From positions 53,751-73,750 of the IMG/VR virus record IMGVR_UViG_3300042318_000627: 20,000 nt of DNA. One strand, given 5' to 3'. Source of the stretch: an uncultured virus (IMG/VR IMGVR_UViG_3300042318_000627) (lineage: Duplodnaviria > Heunggongvirae > Uroviricota > Caudoviricetes). Positions 16,767 to 20,000 of this stretch are shown in pieces (the stretch's first letter is position 1; each line of letters starts with the position of its first letter). Both the position numbers and the translations under genes were made by a program. The notes below the pieces were generated by a model, which was given only the letters and a program-made list of their open reading frames with translations, made no database searches and had not been told where the DNA came from.

Positions 16767-17108
16767 TTACCAAAAACTCCTATTCAATTCATATCCTTCA
16801 TTCTGAAACAATGCACAGATTCGATTGTAAATTTCTTTCTTTTGCATCATGTAATGATAATCACGTTCACCTGGTCGAAAATTGCTCCATTGATTTGCTG
16901 CATAACTTTGAGCCAATTGAGCCTTGAGATCATTCACATCTGCATAAGCACCACGAAATCCATAAAGATTATAGTGAGCAATAAATCCGCTTGACAAATA
17001 AAGAAACTTGTAAGCAGAGTTGGTGAGATTATTGATGTCATTTGTTTCAAACACTTTGCGAATGCTTGAAACAATGAGGTCGGTTTGGCGAAGAGTTTTA
17101 AGTTCCAT
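16767..17108 (-). CDS. hypothetical phage protein (113 aa; GFIAHYNLYGF motif)
   Basis: Cassette-led ATG. Confidence 0.85.
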   Translation of the reverse strand: MELKTLRQTDLIVSSIRKVFETNDINNLTNSAYKFLYLSSGFIAHYNLYGFRGAYADVNDLKAQLAQSYAANQWSNFRPGERDYHYMMQKKEIYNRICALFQNEGYELNRSFW

Positions 17109-17152
17109 GTTTAAAACAATGACAGAGTTTTTATAAATGTCCAGACTTATTT

Positions 17153-17380
17153 TTAATCTTTGCTTGCGTATTCAACGGCGCGATCCGCATCCAGTAGTTC
17201 GGAATAGGCGTCGGCAACCGCGTCGTTGGCGGCGGTGTAGGCGTTACCGAGTTTGTCAATTTCGGTCTTGCTGGATCTGGCTTCAATGGCGGCGACGTAG
17301 GCAGAGAAAGCAACCTTAGCAGCGGCTTTGGCTTTTGCGTGAAATAAGAGGGCGCGTTTGGCTTTGGTTTTAAGATCCAT
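17153..17380 (-). CDS. Ala-rich helical protein (75 aa)
   Basis: Cassette-led ATG. Confidence 0.8.
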   Translation of the reverse strand: MDLKTKAKRALLFHAKAKAAAKVAFSAYVAAIEARSSKTEIDKLGNAYTAANDAVADAYSELLDADRAVEYASKD

Positions 17381-17425
17381 AAATAAAACAATGACTATTT
17401 TTTTATAAAATGCAACTCTTATTTT

Positions 17426-18016
17426 TTAGAATGACTTCAACTTGGCAACTTTTCCTGCGATGGTTTTTTTATGCATATCTGTCAAAGAATACTTGACAGA
17501 CGATTGGCATACATCATAAACAGAACAGCCAAAGCAACGATCATTGAGATTGCGATTGGGATAAACGCAACTGTTTTTAGTTTCATTCTCAAAATTGAGA
17601 GGCACGTGCGGACTCTTGAAGTAGTCAGGATTGCCGCTCCAAGGAAAAATCAACACCTTGGGCTGTTCTGGCTGTTTGACTAGCTCAACCTCACATACAG
17701 GTAGATTCTTGGATGCTTTGGCAGGCTTGGATGACTTATTGTTTAATGCTGGCAGCTTGCCATCATTTGCTTTTAGAATGGCTAATATGCTGTCAGAATC
17801 CCATCCAGCATCCACATATTTCTGCACAGGTCGCAGCACATAAGTCTTGAACAGCTTTTCTTCAGTGCCATATTTCTTGACCACATCCTTGAAGCGTGGT
17901 TCTGGAGCAAATGTTTCTTGACCAGAAACAATGCATTTCCAATAAAAATATTTTCCATTGCCACTGGTTTCAATACCAGAGGGACGAACAATGCGAGCAA
18001 TTGATTTACGAGCCAT
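17426..18016 (-). CDS. hypothetical protein with C-terminal Cys cluster (196 aa)
   Basis: Cassette-led ATG; CVYP...CFGC...VC may bind metal. Confidence 0.85.
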   Translation of the reverse strand: MARKSIARIVRPSGIETSGNGKYFYWKCIVSGQETFAPEPRFKDVVKKYGTEEKLFKTYVLRPVQKYVDAGWDSDSILAILKANDGKLPALNNKSSKPAKASKNLPVCEVELVKQPEQPKVLIFPWSGNPDYFKSPHVPLNFENETKNSCVYPNRNLNDRCFGCSVYDVCQSSVKYSLTDMHKKTIAGKVAKLKSF

Positions 18017-18115
18017 GTTGTTATATTGAACTAAATTTTATAAAAAGCAAGACAAATCTGGCGTGATAAAGTTTTTCGCCACCCACTACGAGACTACTCG
18101 CTACGGTAAAAATTT

Positions 18116-18237
18116 CTCTCACAACACCCAACGTCGCCGCACAGTCTTGACCAATGCCTATTTCATTATTATCAAGATTATAACTGTCGGCAACCAAAAC
18201 ATCAATAGGTTCGTGAAGTTTGTTAGGAGCGTGAGAG
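18116..18237 (-). ncRNA. candidate structured ncRNA domain with pseudoknot
   Basis: Nested complementary segments 18231-37/18116-22, 18222-27/18127-32, 18188-94/18133-39, 18183-87/18141-45, 18172-76/18146-50 and 18164-67/18153-56; loop 18157-62 complements 18204-09. Confidence 0.6.
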
Positions 18238-18268
18238 TCCAAGGAGATCAATCCTCAGAAAGTTTTAA

Positions 18269-18340
18269 TGTGGCGGCGGTAGTTTTCAACCGCTAATACC
18301 CAGCACTAGGAAGGGCTGCTCCATGCTTTGCTTCACCACA
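18269..18340 (-). ncRNA. tRNA-like 72-nt cloverleaf (non-canonical or pseudo-tRNA)
   Basis: 7-bp acceptor-like stem TGTGGTG/CGCCACA; adjacent 5-bp T-like stem GCGGT/ACCGC with non-canonical loop TGAAAACT; CAGC..GCTG arm; no encoded CCA. Confidence 0.5.
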
Positions 18341-18362
18341 AAAAATATTATAAAAGAACTTG

Positions 18363-18456
18363 TCAATCAACTGCATCATGACCTAATTCATTCTGCAATG
18401 CTTCGCTGGCAGTATCCCACCTCGCGTCCGCTAGGCTACGGCTTCTGTTGATTGAC
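18363..18456 (-). ncRNA. candidate ncRNA domain closed by a 10-bp terminal stem
   Basis: Begins at the predicted +1 of cassette 18464-18491; GTCAATCAAC pairs with GTTGATTGAC. Confidence 0.55.
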
Positions 18457-18487
18457 TATCCCAACACTAACAGTGTTTTTATAAAAG

Positions 18488-19093
18488 TCAATAACTAAAC
18501 AAAACTTTCCATTGTCCAGTAGCCAAACCTTTGTTTTCTTTCATTGCTGCATATGAATCTGCGCGACTGGGTATATGATATTCTTCTGTTGCAACAAATG
18601 CAAATGGTTTCATAGAGTTTTTGGTTCTGCTGTTTAAGAATTGAGAATAAGCATATTTCAGAACATCTGGATTGAATGTAACAGCATCCTTTTTGGAAAA
18701 GTTCATCACAATTTGTTTTGACGTTGGATTATAAAGAACAAACTGTTGTGCATCTTTATAAATGATGGTTTCTTGAACATATTTTTTACCCAACTTCACT
18801 GCATCATCAAATGAAATTTCTGGAATAAATAATGATCTTTCTTCGGCGGGAGTGCCATCATCATATGTGTATCCAGACTTTTGCTCAATATATCCATGCT
18901 TCAAAGCACGCACATCCGCTTTTAATTGTGCAAACAACTCTAGGTTTTTTTCTAAAGTATTTTCATTTCTGAATGGAGAAATAACAGCAAAACTTTCGCT
19001 GTTGGTGACATGTTGCCATACACGACTCAATGTTGTTTCATTCACAACTTTGAATTTATTTCCGCCGATGTTCTCAAAAATGTTATTTACCAT
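18488..19093 (-). CDS. conserved-type phage protein (201 aa; NETTLSRVWQH...FAVISPFR...ERSLFI...QETI)
   Basis: ATG at 19093 is preceded by ATATTTATT rather than the early cassette; AT-rich codons. Confidence 0.85.
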   Translation of the reverse strand: MVNNIFENIGGNKFKVVNETTLSRVWQHVTNSESFAVISPFRNENTLEKNLELFAQLKADVRALKHGYIEQKSGYTYDDGTPAEERSLFIPEISFDDAVKLGKKYVQETIIYKDAQQFVLYNPTSKQIVMNFSKKDAVTFNPDVLKYAYSQFLNSRTKNSMKPFAFVATEEYHIPSRADSYAAMKENKGLATGQWKVLFSY

Positions 19094-19110
19094 AACAATA
19101 AATATCAAAC

Positions 19111-19791
19111 TTATTTAGATAGATGCTTGCAAACAATATTGATAATTTCCAAACTTGCAGCAGCCGCATCAGTTGATCTCAGCCGATACTTATCAAACAA
19201 AATTGTTTGAATGTCTTTTTCAGCCGTGTTATCATTATCAAATGGGTTTGTTTCTGGGCCTTTTTGCACAACACCCAAAATGGTTTTGCAGTCTCCATCG
19301 TAATCACTTCCAATAGCAGTAACAACAGCTTCCCAAGAAGGCCCATTGTTATAATAGTTAGGCAAAAACACAGTGTCTCCCACCTTCACATCAACTGGTC
19401 CAGTCAAATAGGTGTATTGACCATTGATCATGATCTTTTGACCACCAAACACTTCATCTCCACCATCGGAATTCAAGATGGTGCTTGGAGCGTGCTTGCG
19501 AATGAGCTTATAGAACTCAACCACAACACTGTCATATGGCTTGCGAGCAGTTTTGCAAAACTCAAATTCACTTGCACCCTTGTAAACAACAGCAGTTTCG
19601 TGCGAATCGTCACCGATACCATTGAACATGATATGCCGAGTATTAAAAACTGGCTTGCTGCCAATTTCACCATTGGCATCACCCAACGGCACGTTTGAAT
19701 TTTTAATCAGTTTCTTTACATCCTCAGTCAATGCAGCCCATTGACTATCAGTGAAAGCAGGTTTGTTTTTAAAATAATGTGAGTAGCCCAT
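19111..19791 (-). CDS. phage protein, apparent two-domain fusion (226 aa; MGYSHY...FNG...HET...FCKTARKPYD)
   Basis: Cassette-led ATG; the N-terminal motif set resembles a recurrent phage family (recalled, not searched). Confidence 0.85.
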   Translation of the reverse strand: MGYSHYFKNKPAFTDSQWAALTEDVKKLIKNSNVPLGDANGEIGSKPVFNTRHIMFNGIGDDSHETAVVYKGASEFEFCKTARKPYDSVVVEFYKLIRKHAPSTILNSDGGDEVFGGQKIMINGQYTYLTGPVDVKVGDTVFLPNYYNNGPSWEAVVTAIGSDYDGDCKTILGVVQKGPETNPFDNDNTAEKDIQTILFDKYRLRSTDAAAASLEIINIVCKHLSK

Positions 19792-19830
19792 ATAGAATAG
19801 AATGATTGTTTTTTATAAAAAAGTCAATAC

Positions 19831-20000
19831 TTATTTTTTCAATTCACCAGCAAAATCTTCATCAAGAAAGATGCATACACCGTTGTTGCCTTCGCCACTT
19901 TCGGTTGCATCCCAAACATCGTCGCAACTATTTGGAAAATGTTTATCAGTGAACTCAACCATCTTTTGATAAGTTGGCAGTGGAATACCATCAGGTGAAT
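19831..20000 (-). CDS. hypothetical protein, 5' end outside the window
   Basis: Open frame ...SPDGIPLPTYQKMVEF...FAGELKK* ending just before a cassette. Confidence 0.7.
   Translation of the reverse strand, partial: SPDGIPLPTYQKMVEFTDKHFPNSCDDVWDATESGEGNNGVCIFLDEDFAGELKK

Larger units (their letters stand above)
8473..19827 (-). repeat. 31 dispersed copies of a ~38-bp sigma70-like promoter cassette
   Basis: Minus-strand consensus TTGACW/TTGCTT/TCGCTT - TTTATAAAAACTCTGN (16, sometimes 17 bp) - CA(G/T)T(A/G)T - 6-7 nt - ATG. Copies: 8473-8510, 8876-8913, 9174-9212, 9413-9450, 9833-9870, 10068-10105, 10315-10353, 10566-10603, 10770-10807 (degenerate), 11232-11269, 11692-11729, 12024-12061, 12199-12237, 12417-12454, 12670-12707, 12873-12910, 13117-13154, 13374-13411, 13969-14006, 14203-14240, 14469-14506, 14753-14790, 15300-15327, 15697-15734, 16500-16527, 16699-16736, 17106-17143, 17378-17415, 18014-18050, 18464-18491, 19789-19827. 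Confidence 0.93.

Noticed and set aside
9416..16773. Longer starts in the ORF track (e.g. ...FYKNSVSIYN-M)
   Set aside because: These extensions translate the promoter cassette itself; the recurring FYKNS peptide is a DNA-level repeat.
18110..18260. Hammerhead ribozyme (CTGAGGA ... GAAA on the minus strand)
   Set aside because: Stem II does not directly join the two core segments and no stem I/III with a cleavage triplet was found.
18021..18296. 76-aa and 77-aa ORFs in the ncRNA region
   Set aside because: Non-ATG starts, no cassette at the start, one overlaps the next promoter; the extensive base-pairing is better explained by RNA structure.
18363..18456. HEARO/omegaRNA (GTCAA...TTGAC 5' stem)
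   Set aside because: Only the terminal stem resembles it; I could not find the downstream conserved segments and no IscB/HNH ORF follows.
8182..19698. Plus-strand ORFs across the array
   Set aside because: Antisense shadows of minus-strand genes, with no promoters or recognisable motifs.
8473..19827. CRISPR array interpretation of the repeats
   Set aside because: Intervening sequences range from ~130 bp to over 1 kb and are intact ORFs, the repeats are degenerate with promoter architecture, and no cas genes are present.
8473..19827. Classical integron attC sites
   Set aside because: No consistent RYYYAAC/GTTRRRY ends or long imperfect hairpin, and no integrase in the window.
1..20000. Stop-codon reassignment as in some large phages
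   Set aside because: Genes are intact and densely packed in the standard code, and TAA, TGA and TAG all occur at sensible gene ends.

Overview
This looks like part of a large AT-rich dsDNA phage genome (T4-like or jumbo type) using the standard genetic code. Left part (1-7863): a partial phoH, two HExxH metallopeptidase-like ORFs, two paralogous Pro-Thr-linker virion/adhesin-like genes and an internally duplicated 579-aa protein. Several of these genes are preceded by an ATA(T/C)TTAT motif. Middle (7864-8200): a non-coding element with an AT-rich tract, a perfect 20-bp palindrome and GC-rich G/C-tract hairpins. Right part (8203-20000): about 37 small co-oriented minus-strand genes punctuated by 31 copies of a ~38-bp sigma70-like promoter cassette (-35, 16/17-bp spacer with a TTTATAAA palindrome, -10, 6-7 nt, ATG). 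The cassette places the start codon at the predicted +1 (leaderless mRNA) and often overlaps the upstream gene's stop codon. The array also holds an unannotated 43-aa ArfA-like protein, a minimal kinase-like protein, and a promoter-driven ~400-nt structured ncRNA region with a tRNA-like cloverleaf and a pseudoknotted rod. All calls come from reading the sequence; no searches were run.
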